From the human T2T-CHM13v2.0 reference genome, Homo sapiens: a stretch of DNA of 64,000 nt. The number at the start of each line of letters is the position of its first letter. Position 1 is the stretch's first letter. This document shows, piece by piece, positions 1-16,595 of the stretch. The notes under the pieces were generated by a model, which searched no databases, was not told where the DNA came from, and saw only the letters and a list, made by a program, of their open reading frames with translations. The stretch lies in NCBI RefSeq assembly GCF_009914755.1, contig NC_060925.1; one strand, given 5' to 3'. The translations under genes were made by a program, and so were the position numbers.

Positions 1-1355
1 ACTCCCAAGGGTCTTTTCTTTTTTTGCAGAGGATAGAATTCTGGTGTTAAGGGCTATCTGTTATTTCATGTCCTAAGTGTCAACAAAACAGTGACAACCT
101 CAGTATCCCAAGTGACAACCTCTCCCTCCCCCCACTCAGTCACTCTCTCTGCTCCCCCATCCCATCCCCTCTCCACCCAGCAGTGATGGAGGTGTGAAAA
201 GTTGAGCTGCCTGAGGATTATATAGTGGTGACATGCAATGGCAATCTCCCTGCCCGAATGCTAGGGGACCTTAACCTCTCTGCATCTCAGTCTCCTTTTC
301 TGTAAAGTAGGGACAATAATGACACCCACCTTGCAGGGTTTCTCTGAGGATGAAAAGAGTATATTCAAGGAAAAGTGCCTGGCACTTACTAAGGACTCCA
401 TAAATGATGATAGAGATGATGATGAAAAGCAGAGCCAGTCCCGAGAGTCCGTACCACCACAACTAGTTGATTTTTGTTTTTATCCATAGTCCAATAATTT
501 GTCATTTCACTGACTTTTCAATTGAAAGGAAAAGAGAGAGACTGTTGTTGTTCTTTGACAAGGAATTGAGGTGGAGGATATCACACTGCATCTTTAGACG
601 TAATCTCAAATCGGATTCAAGCATCGAGATGAATTACTGTCAACATTTCAGAACTTTCTGAAGTCACTGAAGTGTTTGTCTTAAAAGATGTGTATAGAAC
701 TTATTTCGAAATGCACCACAATATAAAATGGATGGACACACGGATAGATGGAAAGATCTGTGATAAAGCAAATATGGCAAAATGCCGATGGTAGAATCTA
801 GTGGTGGGTACATAGGAGCTCATTATCTGCTTCTTTCAGCCTCTCTGTATGTTTGACATTTTTATAGTAAAATGCTGGGGGGGATACTGTGCAGGGTCCT
901 GATTACATGGCTGAGCTATAATCTTGATATTTTGCCTTTAGAAGTAATCTTTTTTCCCCTAACTAAATAAATGAAGAAATGCAGCGATTTAAAAAGAAAA
1001 ACATCATCTAATGCCTGCCTCTCCAATGATAACTCTTTAAGAAACTCCAAAAGCAGACATGGTGGTGTGCCTGTATTCCTAGCTACTCTGGAGGCTGAGG
1101 CAGGAGGATCAGTTGAGCCCAAGAGTTCAAGACTGCAGTGAGCTATGATTGTGCCACTGAACTCAGCCTGGGCAAAGAGCAAGACCTCATCTCTAAATAT
1201 GAATGAATGAATAAAATAAGCTCTATAGAAGTTCAGGGTTCCTTGGATCAGAGTTTGAGAAGCCCAGGTTAACAACACTAATAAGAGTAGTACAAATGAG
1301 TGTTCAGTGTGTGCCAGCCACCATTCTAGATACCTCACGTGTATTATTGCATTTA

Positions 1356-1654
<299 letters not shown>

Positions 1655-2111
1655 ACCCATTTTATAGATGAGGAAACTGAGTCACAGAGAGAGAATAAGT
1701 AACTCACCCAAGGTCACAGAGCTAGTAAAGGATGGGTTAGGAACACAGAACTTGAATACTTGGTAAGTCAGATCACTAAGCTTATACTAAGCTTGATGGG
1801 AGGTGGAGAGCAATCATCACTGGAACTCAGATTTGTTGTCAGGTTGTTTTAGCTTTTGTTTGTGTCCTGAGTTACTTAAGAAATGCCCTCTGTTTATTAG
1901 AACCAGGCTTTTCTATGCTAGATATCATGGTTAGAAGAGATTGTCTTAAAAACCTGCAGAATTGTCCTTGTTGTCATTGCTGACTGATCTATCTAATCCC
2001 CCCTCTTCTGATTTCTCACTTTGGACATGACTCTGTGGTTATTTCATTCATTCTAAGTATGATGTTGTTGAATAATTAGAGAACTACATTTTCTAACAAA
2101 ATTCTTTCTGA

Positions 2112-2288
<177 letters not shown>

Positions 2289-2487
2289 TAACAGTCCTTA
2301 GCGTTATGTGGACTCCAGTCTCTTGTACACCACAACCTGGGCAAGCAGCCATACCTTTCCTTGGTGTGCTACCAATAGCCAGTTGCCAAGGGTACCCCAT
2401 TTCCCTGGCATAAGGAGTGAAGCTGAGTGCTGTACAGAGCATGATGCGCTCCCATCCTTTGCTGAACGCATCTGTCACTGTCCCACC

Positions 2488-2945
2488 CATTGCAGAGCAG
2501 ATGAGCCCCAAAGTAGGGCTTATCCCGAGAGGGTTCTTGGCTTTGCACAGGAAAGAATTCAAGGGCAAGCCAGGAGTAGAAGGAAACAGCCTTATCGAAG
2601 CAGCAGTGTTACAGCTGTGTGGCTGCTCCTACAGAGCCCGGCCGCCCTGTAGACAGAGAGCAGCAGCTCAGGGTAGTTTTGCAGTCATATTTATACTCAC
2701 TTTTAACTGCATGCAGATTAAGGGCTGGTTTATGCAGGGAAGGGATAATAACTTTGGGATCATTGGATGCTATGGAAAGGGGAGATAATGCCCAGGTGTT
2801 GCCATGGCAACAGTACGTTGACATGGCACGCTGGTGGGCAGGTCTGATTGAAAGTTGCTTTCACCCTGTCCCCATTTTAGCTAGTCCTCAGTCTGGTCCG
2901 GTGTCTGAGCCCCACCTCTGGAGTCGAGTGCCACCTCCTACCTCA
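2488..2945 (-). mobile_element. ERV1 solo LTR, MER66-like
   Basis: Reverse complement begins TGAGGTAGGAGGTGGCACTCGACTCCAGAGG and ends ...GAATTCTTTCCTGTGCAAAGCCAAGAACCC...; probable TSD cacc; homologous to 33225-33712. Confidence 0.75.
2798..2811. promoter_or_regulatory. Perfect palindromic RFX X-box GTTGCCATGGCAAC
   Basis: Exact match to RFX consensus; function not shown. Confidence 0.6.
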
Positions 2946-3501
2946 CACCTGTGGTCATCTCCCCAGCAGCCTGATGTGTGGTTCAGAAGGTGGGCACAGA
3001 GCTGGTGCTTTGGCCTTTGCCTGCTCTGGGCTAGACCTCTCTTCCTTTCAAGACCCCATGGGACTGCCGTGGGCCCCTCAGAGGCCAGGGAGGCCACGGA
3101 GCTCCAAGCCCCGGGCTTAGCCTGGGCATTCTTTCATTCCATTCTCTGAATTAGCTGTGGTTTGGTCCAAAGCCTCAGCTCATTGACAACCAAGGAAGTT
3201 GAAAGAAGGAGAATAATAATAAAAACAATGGATTTGAGCCTTTTTAAACATGGAAGGGGGTTAAAATATTGAAGTGGAAAGAGAAAAAATGCCGTGGAAT
3301 CTCTTTATAACTGTGAGAAGCAGATCTCTTTCAGACCTCACTCAATAGACTTTTTTAACCCTTCATTTTGAAATTAGAGATTCACAGGAAGTTCCAAAAA
3401 TAGTAGGTAGAGATCACACCTACCTTCCACCCAGTTTCCTCCAGTGGTTACTTACTATGTGTGACTATAACAATATCAAAACCAGGAAATTGACATAAGT
3501 G

Positions 3502-3502
<1 letters not shown>

Positions 3503-3541
<39 letters not shown>
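3503..3541 (+). repeat. (TG)n microsatellite
   Basis: ~19 TG units. Confidence 0.95.
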
Positions 3542-3542
<1 letters not shown>

Positions 3543-3639
3543 AGAGAAAGAGAGAGGACAATGTGTGTAGTTCTGTATCATTTTATAGATCACATGTGTA
3601 TTCATAGATTTGTGTGTAGCAATCAAAAAATTGTCTTAC

Positions 3640-4360
3640 CTCTTCTGCTTCCTTTCCCTTCCCATATAAATTTTAGAATAAGTCTGTCTATATCTATGAA
3701 ATGTCTTGCTGAGATTTTGATAGAAATTGTGTTTAAATCTATATGTCAATGTGGAAAGAATTTATATATTTACTATGTGGTTTTTCAATCCATGAAAATG
3801 GTATGTTTCTGCGTTGATTTAGATCTTCTTTGGTTTCTTTCATGAATACTTTGTAGCTTTCAGCATACAAATCCTGTGCATGTTTTGCTGGATTTATACT
3901 TAAGTACTTTATTTCTCCTTTTTTGTTTGTGATGGTAAATGGTATTATACTTTAAATTTCAGTGGCCACCTCTTCATTGCCAGTATATAGAAACATAATT
4001 GATTTTAGTATGCTTATATGGTATCTTGCAACCTTAACTGAACTTTCTAGAAGTTTTTTTGTCGCCTGCTTAGGATGTTACCATGTCATCTGCAAATTAA
4101 AAGTTTATTTTTACTTATTTGATCTGTACACTTTTAATTTTATTTTCTTGAGATGTTGCATTGGCTGGGACTTCCAGTAGTCTGTTGCAGAAGAGTGGTG
4201 AGAGCAGTATAAATCTTTATATTTGCCTTGTTCCTGGTTTTAAGGGAAAAGCATTCTGTCTTTCATCATTAAATATTATATTAACTGTAGGGTTTTTTTA
4301 TAGATGTTCTTTATCAAATGGAGAACATTCCCCCTGCATTTCTAGTTTTCTAAGAGTTAT
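3640..4360 (-). mobile_element. Old L1M ORF2 fragment
   Basis: Antisense L1-like T-rich sequence (ggacttccagta..., tttaagggaaaagcattc...). Confidence 0.7.
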
Positions 4361-5899
4361 AAACGCAATCGATTTTAAAATAACTCAACATACCTTCCTT
4401 TGAGATTCTCATCCGTGACATGGTCTCCCTACAAGGACACAGAAAACTGTTCAGTGTACAAAGTGGAAAAATCAAATAAAAAGAATCGTAGTTTCTTCTG
4501 TATCATAACAAGGGGTAGATTTAAGGTAGTTTTACTTTCTGGGTGGCCAAGGTAGAAACAGTGATCTCTGTTTTGAACTGGACTATGATATTAGAAAACT
4601 GTAGTAATTTTTAAAAGCACAGGCTTTGGAGATAGACCTGGATTTGAATCTCTTAGACCGTTTTCTGGCTGTGTGACTTCAAGCAAACTACTTAATCATA
4701 CTGAGCTCATTTTCTCCATTTATAAACCACTTATTTCACAGGGCTGTAGGGATTAAATGAGAAAATGCATATAAAGTACCTGGCATATGGTACTAAGTAA
4801 ATGACGCCACAATCGTTATTATGGTCACATAAAGTGGAGACTGAGAATTTTTGTTCACAGTAAGGTGGGTATCCACTGATACTAACAAGCTATTTGGAAA
4901 CAGGAACTAATGAGGACAATTATTATATATATAGACAGAAATTGAGCAGCATTGATTGTATAAAAATAATTGACTGCTTACTGCTGCTTGGCCTTAGTTT
5001 AAAAAGTAAGTCACCACTGTCAGCAACAGTTCCATTGATTTATGAAGGAATCAGTTGCATTTCCAGAAGCATGAGCTTACACTGGCTCCCGAGAGAACAG
5101 ATGATACATGAATTGCCAAATGCTTTGTGAATAGACTTTTAATGGGCTTTTATATCTTCTCTTAGACAAATCCTCTTCCGAAAGCTTAAATGGATTTGGG
5201 AGAGATTTGCTTTAAGAAGGGATGTGGGGGACACAGGTCTGTTTTGAAGAACTGAAAGCTACAGGCATGTCCATATTTTTCAGAAAATATTTTATAAGAC
5301 AAGATAAGGTGAAAATTGCCCCTCTTTTGCCTTCACTGGGCCTTTCTGATTAACCTGAGAATCATGCTGGATCAGCTAGAAGCCACCCCGAGTAATAATT
5401 CAACAGTCAATTTATCATTTGTCTTATTTGTGCTGCTAGAAGTCATTCCACTAAATAAAGTTCAGGAATCTTAAAAAAGTCAGCTGTGAAATTACCCAGC
5501 ATTTACACCTAGCAAAGAAAGAAGATTGTTTTATTTACTTGGATAAATCCTAAAGAGTAGGGAGCTATGCTTGTAAAGATTTATTAATATATTCATTTGC
5601 AAAGCTGCCTTTTTTGCTTATTGATATTATAATATTCTGACATCATTCACATATTCTGATAATGGAAGGTAATTATGGGCCTATTGTTTTTTAAAAAATT
5701 GGGAGAAAGCAAACTGTAAAGAAGAAAATAAAAATCACTTGTAATCATGTGACTCAGGGACAATCAATATTGGTATTTGTAGGGTTTTGCCCTCCAGACT
5801 TTTTTTTTCTGTATCATGAAAGGAGTTTGGTTTCCTAATGGCAATAGAAAGCCTGTTTTAGCCAGCCTGGTTTTTGCCGTTATTATCACTCATTCATTC

Positions 5900-6330
5900 C
5901 ACAGACATTGGCCTGGAGCCCCAGCACGGAGACAAGCCTGGGGACACTCACACATGGTCCCTGCAATCAGGAAGCTGCTAGGAGACAGACATAGGTCAGA
6001 GGATCTGCAGAGCCTGGATGGTTTCAAGCCTACGTCAGGGCTCTAAAGGAAAGGAATATGGAGGATGAGAAGGACTTAACTAGACAAAGGGAGAAGGAAC
6101 AGTGTGTGCAAAGGCCCTGGGGTAGAAGAGCATATGGAGAGCCTGATGGACTGAAAGAAAACCAGTGTGTAGAGGTCAGAGTGGGAAGGGGGAGAGCTAA
6201 GAGCCAGGCAGGACTCCTTCATGCCACCGTAAGGATTTTGATCTTGATCTGAAAAACAATGGGAAGATGCCACTGATGGATTTTCAGCAAGTGGAAGGCC
6301 TGCCTGTTGAAATGGGCTCCCTGGCTGCCT
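5900..6330. mobile_element. L2 fragment
   Basis: Typical L2 3' motifs (tgtgcaaaggccctgggg, aaggattttgatcttgatctg...gccactg). Confidence 0.6.
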
Positions 6331-6685
6331 TGTGCAGAAACCAGGAGCTCCTTTCAGAATCTGCCCCTGCCCCCACCTGCATTGGACAGGGCTGGAATAC
6401 CTCGGCCACCAGCCTCGCTCATTTCAGAGCTAAACCTTCTGGTTATAATCTGTATAATTTGATGTGGGTTTTGAACTGTAATGTTTATAGTTGGATGTGG
6501 CTGTTACTTGAACACTGATAAGAAAGGGACTTAATTCTTCCAGAACGCAGCAATGTCACAAGCCAATGGTTGCTGGGTTTTTCATGTGCATGAGTGTGAT
6601 TGTTAAACATGAATCCCAAGGCTTTCTGACACAGTGGGGTTAGGTGAGGTCAGGAATCTGTCCATTTCTCTGCTCTGCAGGTTCA

Positions 6686-7054
<369 letters not shown>

Positions 7055-8109
7055 TCACCCTGCCCTGCCCTACACCGAGGAGATTTCAGGATTCCCTTTA
7101 CAATTGACTTGTAGGGCAGCCAGAATCAATGCAGTGCCGTGGCTAGGAGGGCGAAGATCATGGAGAAAAGCAAAGGACAGAAACTGCAGGGGGATGCAGG
7201 TGAAATGCTCATGCCTGCCCCTCTGCCCTTTGTGGACAGCATCCTACTAGTTGACTCCTTTCTCTCTAGGGGAACTGTTCTCTATAGCATGTCAGCTCCT
7301 TCTCATATGGGATCAGAGGGTCAGGGCACAGGAGTGATCTAACACAACAGAACCATCCAACCCAATGAGTTGTATCCCTTTGCCTGGCACCTGCCATTTC
7401 TGGGCTGCCTGTAAGAACTATAAGAGCCTGCATCAAAGTCTTTTTTATTATTATTAAACAATGCTGTACTGAATACCTTTTACCCATCATTTCACGGACG
7501 TGCGAGTCCATGTGCCATGTCAAAGGACATGTATGGCTGCAGCTCTGTTGGCATCGCCACACTGCCCTCCAGTGAAGGCTTATAGGGTCAGTTCCCCACC
7601 AACAGTGAGGGCACCCCCTCCCCTCCCGAGTGGAGCATGTGACCTACCTGACAAATTTCTGCTCATCCAAGAGGCGAAACATGGTATCCGTGACATTTTA
7701 ATTCACATTTCCCATGCTATGCGTGAACCCCTCAAGTTTTGAGAGAGAAGGTGACAGGTGGACATGAACCTGGATAAAGATGCTCACCCCTCCCCGGTCC
7801 TGTGACGAAATCCACCAAAAGAAGCAGGCCTGGGGGATGTCCAGCCACCTGCTGTCCCATCAGGACGCGCCCGTTCACCTTCCTGCCTCAGCTGTGCTCG
7901 CACACTCAGCCCTGGCTCCTCACCAGGCGTCCTGCGCTCTGTGATGTGCCTCGTCTGATCTCGTCAGTCCTCAGGGAACTCTTCTTTCCCCTGATGTCAC
8001 TGGTCAGTTCCCAACACAGCAATGCATGGGCCTACTTTCCCTTCAGCACGTGGAGGGCTTACAAGAGGAAGAAGTTCCAAGAAAAGGACTAGATCATCAT
8101 CTCTCTTTT

Positions 8110-9490
8110 CAATAAATACACACAACGTAACATTTATCATCTTCGCCATTTTAAGTGTTCAGTTCAGTGGCATTAACTGCATTCATGTTGTTTTTTTGGG
8201 GGGAGGGGAGACAGAGTCTCGCTCGCTCTGTCACCCAGGCTGGAGTGCGGTGGCACAATCTTGGCTCACTGCGGCCTCTGCCTCCTGGGTTTAAGTGATT
8301 CTTGTGCCACAGCCTCCTGAGTAGCTGGGATTATGGGCATGAGCCACCATGCCTGGCTAATTTTTGTATTTCTAGTACAGACGGGGTTTCGCCACATTGG
8401 CCAGGCTGGTCTCGAACTCCCTACCTCAGGTGATCCACCTGCCTCAGCCTCCCAAAGTGCTGGGCTTACAGGTGCAAGCCACTGCACCTGGCCTCACTTT
8501 GTTACTCTGCCACCACCATCCATCCACAAGAACTCCCTTCATCTTGCAAAACTGAAACTCTGTACCTATTGAAGAAGAATTCCCCTTCCCCTCCCAGCCC
8601 CCCAGTCCCTGGCAGCCACCGTCTTTCTGACAAAGTACTTTCTGTCTCTGAATTTGCCTGTAGCAGGTTCCTCATAGACTATACTATACGCTGAATCGTA
8701 TAGTACGTGTCTTTTGTGACTGGCTTATTTCACTTGGCATAATGTTCTTAAGGTTCCTCTGTGGCAGCATGTGTCAGAGTTCCCTTCCTTTTGAAGGCTG
8801 AATAGTGGCTGCTGCATGTCTGTCCTACATTTTGTTGATCCATTCATCTGTCAATGGACACTTGGGTTGCTTCCAGCTTTTGGCTGCTGTGAATAATGCT
8901 GCTATAAACATGAGTGTCCAGATATCTCTGTCTCTCTTTTTTTTTTTTTTAATGGAGTCAGAGTCTCGCTCTGTTGCCCAGGCTGGAGTGCAGTGGCACA
9001 ATCTCGGCTCACTGCCAACCTCTGCCACCCGGGTTCAAGTGATTCTCCTGCCTCAGCCTCCTGAGCAGCTGGGACTATAGGCATGTACCACCACGCCCGG
9101 CTAATTTTTTTGTATTTTTAATAGAGACTGGGTTTCACCATGTTGGCCAGGCTGGTCTCAAACTCCTGACCTCAGGTGATCCGCCCGCCTCGGCCTCCTA
9201 AAGTGCTGTAATTACAGGTGTGAGCCACCACCGATATCTCTTCAAGCCCCTGCTTTCAGTTCTTTCAGATCCATACCCAGAAGAGAAGCAGAACCGCCAG
9301 ATCAGATGACAGTTCTATTTTTAATTTTTTGAGGAACTGCCATACTGTTTTCCACAGTGGCTGCACAATTTTGCTTTCCCAGCAACAGTGCATAAGGGCT
9401 CCAGTCTCCCCACATCCTCACCAGCACTTGGTATTTTCTGGGGGTGGTGGTTGTTTTTACAGTAGCCATCCTAATGAGAGTGAGGTAGAA
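8110..9490 (-). mobile_element. L1MB-type 3' end interrupted by two antisense AluS (about 8192-8492 and 8935-9232)
   Basis: Antisense L1 3'UTR/ORF2 end motifs; second Alu has TSD gatatctct. Confidence 0.75.
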
Positions 9491-10726
9491 GATCATAATC
9501 TTCTGAGACACATTGCTGTCTCAGCTCAAGGTTCTTTTGACTAGCACAGATAATACAAACGGCCACACCCCCATGTATAGACTAGTTATGAGGCATCTCG
9601 TGTGGTTTTGTATGTGTTCTATGTATATGCCGTGTATGTGTTACAGAGCTTTATCCTCAAACAGCCCTATCAGGCGAGAACTACTATTATCGTTATTATC
9701 CTCATGTAAAGATGTGGAAATGGGGCTCAGAAAGGTTAAATAACTTGCCCCAAATCACACATCTAGTCGGGGACGGTGGGGCTGAGTTTCAGACTTGGGG
9801 CTGTCTGATGCAACGCTTCTACTCAAAGATACTTCATTGTTTGGTTGTAAATTTGGCTTTAGGGAACATCTAAAAATCTAAATATCTGAAATTCCTTGTG
9901 AGTCAGTTAAGATAATCGGTAGTGGGAAATCCCACAGTTTGGACTCCTAGGTGGGGATTATCAGCAGAACAGCGAAAATCACTTTTCCTGTGATCCTCAT
10001 CGATGCAACAAACTGAGGTGGCGCCCTCAGTGTGGGATTGGGGTAAAGAGGAAATGTCGACCCAGGCTGCAGGTGTTTTCCTGGGAAGAGGTGTGCTGAG
10101 GGCTGCGTGGATGACCCACGAGGATCCTGTCTCAGGTGTCGGGGACAGCTCCTCAGAGCAGACCAAGCTGGAGCTGCCTCTTACAAGAGAAAGCCTGGTT
10201 TGCCAGGTATGACAGGCCAGAAAGGGCCCCCCTCTCCCTGCCAGGTGTAAGAAACAGCGCACACAAAGATCCGGAGGTGTTGCTTGAAGCACTTGGCATG
10301 GCATGATGAGGGCTGGATGGCCCTGCCACCCACATGCAAAAAGGCCACGTAAGCTAGGCTAAGCGTTTCATGTTTAACTTGCTGCGAAAATGGAACCCCC
10401 TCCTCAAAAGGCTTTGAGCTGGGGAGAAATTGATTGTCTTCGTTATTTTGAAGAGAACACTGACAAACGTAGGCAGAATGGGTGGACAAAGAACAGAAGG
10501 GCGGCTCTAGAACAGGGTGGTCAAGAGCATGAACTCGGTGCTAGGCCTCTTGCCTGTGATCCTGGCTCTGCCCTCTGAGTTGTAGGGTCCCAGGCAAGTT
10601 ACCCAGCCATTCTCGGCTGCAACTTCTGTGTGTGTATGGTGGGGAACTGTGTTACGAGACTGAATTACCATGAAGTGCTTAGGACAGTGCCTGGCAGGTG
10701 GTTAATACTACAGTACATTTTGGTTA

Positions 10727-11317
10727 TTGTATTCGTTTTCTATTTATAACAATGAGTGTTTATTATCTCACAGTTCCTTAAGTCAGAAGTCTGAGTGGAC
10801 TCAGCTGGTTCCTCTGCCCCAGGTCACTCAAGGCCAAAATCAAAGTGTTGGCCGCCTGGGCTCTTGGCTGGAGGCTCCAGGGAATCGTCTGCTTCTAGCC
10901 CCACTCTGTTGGAAGAATTTAGCTCGATGCTGCTATAGAACCGAGGCCTCTGTGTCCTCACTGGCCATCGGTTGGAGGCCAGCCTCAGCTTCAGAGGCCT
11001 CCCAATCCCGCATGGCTCAGGGCCCCTTTATCTTCAAAACCAGCAACAATGGTTCTAGTCTTTCTCATGCTTCAGATTTCTCTGACCTCCCCGTCTGACT
11101 CATCTCTCCAACTCCAGCCAGAGAAAGTTCTTTGTTTTTAAGGGCTCACGTGGTTAGATTAGCCCCCTCTGGATAATCCAGGTTAACCTCCCTGTTTCAA
11201 GATGAGTCATCGTTATCACTTCTGCACCATCCCTTTGCCATGTAAGGCAGCAGCACACTCACGGGTTCCAGGGATTAGGACACGGACACCTTTGTGGGAC
11301 CATTCTGCCAATCACAG
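10727..11317 (-). mobile_element. MLT1 (MaLR) LTR
   Basis: ctcacagttc..., tttgccatgtaagg...ccagggattaggac MLT1 motifs. Confidence 0.7.
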
Positions 11318-12914
11318 TTATTACCATCTCTTGCTTGGACTCTGGCCATAGAGAGGGAAGCGATAATATGGGATGTTGAGAGCTTTTCAGAGGAATCAGT
11401 AGGGTCACTGCCAGGGACAGTGGAGAAAGATGGTGGATGAGCCAAGAGGATGATGCTATCATTTGTGTTATTGTGGGTTTACTTTGTGCCAGGCACTGTT
11501 GTTTGCACTTTTGTGTGTATTAACTCGGTTAATCCTTTCAGCAACCCTACAAGTTAGGGATCTCCCTTCCCCCATTTTACAGATGAGGAAGTTGTGGCAC
11601 AGACAGACTAAGGAGCCTGCCCAAGGTCACGTATGACGGGCACAGAGGGTGGGATTCATAGTCAGGCTGTCTGGGACCGTGCAGGGACAAGAAGCTTCAG
11701 GAAAAGAGGACTTCCGGAACGGGGGTGTGGACACGAGGATGACTAATCGCTGCTCTATCATGAGTGCCTAGCAAGTGGGCACGCATTGCTGTCTCAGCTC
11801 AAGGTTCTTTCGAGCCGTCAGTGCACCGAGGGGAACTGTCACAGACTCCATTACACAGGACTCTCGGAACTCTCCCCTCCCTCTCTCAGAGTAGCACTGA
11901 TTCTGGGGAGCTCTCAGAGATACCGCCTGAAACAGCGTCTTCTCGGGGACTTGCCTGCTTCTCAAGACTCTCCCAGAGAAGCTGAGCAAGGCTCTGATTG
12001 ACAGGAGGGAAGCCGACAAACTTCCTCTTTCCCTCTGCTCCCAGACTCACAGTCTTACCAGAGCCCTGGCCATTTCCTCATATCCCTATTCCTTTGAAAA
12101 CCCCAGCTTGTTCTGTTTCTGCATTACATCCCTTTCCTGAGGCAGTGACAGGGGTCACAGTGGGGGCGCAGGATGGCCAAGGACCAAAAGGTAAAAAGAA
12201 ATATGATTTGATACACACAGGTGCCTGTCGTCCCAGGCACTTGGGTGGCTGAGGCAGGAAGATCACTCGAGCCCAGGGGTTCAAGGCTGTATTATGCTTT
12301 GATGGTGCCTGGAAATAGCTACTGCACTCCAGCCTGGGCAACATAGCAAGCCCCTGTGTTTTTAGCACACACGCACACACACACACACACCAGTTAATTT
12401 CAAAAATGTTATCCCACCACACTGAAAATTTTGCCAAATAGTATCTTTTGTCAGTCCTTTGAGGTAGAGCTTATCACACTCATTTTTGCAGCATAGGAAG
12501 CAGCCTCAGAGAGGCAAAGAAACTTGTCCCAGGCTGCACAGCAGGAATGCAGCAGAGGTGGGACTTGAACTCAGAGCTTTCTAAGTGCAGAGCCCATCCT
12601 TCTGCGCATAATAGTGAACATTTTAACACCTGCTATTGGGCTAAAATACTCTTCTAAGTGCTTTTTATATATACTGTTTCATTTATTCTTCACCACAAAC
12701 CCATAAGGGCCATTCTGCTATTATCTCTGTTTACAGATGAGGAAACTGAGGTCCCAAGGGAATAGATCACTTGCCCAGGGTCACCCCACTAGGAAGTAGG
12801 AGAGCTAGAAACGAGGTCTCACTATGTTTCCAGGCTGGCCTCTAACGCCTGGGCTCAAGTAATCCTCCTACCTCAGCCTCACAAAGTGCTGGGATTACAG
12901 GTGTGAGCCACAAC

Positions 12915-15530
<2,616 letters not shown>

Positions 15531-16033
15531 TACTTCGCCTTTTGAGTCTCAGCTTCTCCATCTGTAATATGGAGATTATAGTAGAACTCCCTGTAAAGGG
15601 CTGTTTTGCAGATTAAATGAGGGAATGAACACAAAGTGCTTTGGTAAGGCCCAGTTCACAGGAACTTCTCAAAATATGTTAGCTGATAATAATAATAAAA
15701 ACAGAACAGCAGTTAATCTCATAATGAGACAGTTCAGCAGAGTGGAGCTTGTACATTCAGCCTATGTTGGCAGCAGAGCTTTCTACTAACATCAGTTTTT
15801 TGCAGTTATCTAAATACAGGAGGGAGTGGTATTATCAGGCAGTCCTCAGAAACTCTCCCTTGGCCTAACACAAGGCAGAGGCTTGTCCCATTTTGTGGTA
15901 TCATCCAAAACTTCCTCCTGGCTTTGATTTCTTAATCACGGCTTGACAGCTTCTGAGGAGCTGAAAGTAATGGGATTTGAGAAGAGAAAAACAAAATGTA
16001 ACACATAGAACTTATCTCTTTGATGAGTTATTA

Positions 16034-16437
<404 letters not shown>

Positions 16438-16454
16438 TCATGTTTATTTAATAA

Positions 16455-16595
<141 letters not shown>

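Noticed and set aside
10012-10031. Hairpin ACTGAGG-TGGCGC-CCTCAGT with partial CTCF resemblance
   Set aside because: 7-bp stem is expected by chance in 64 kb; the 5' half of the CTCF core is poor
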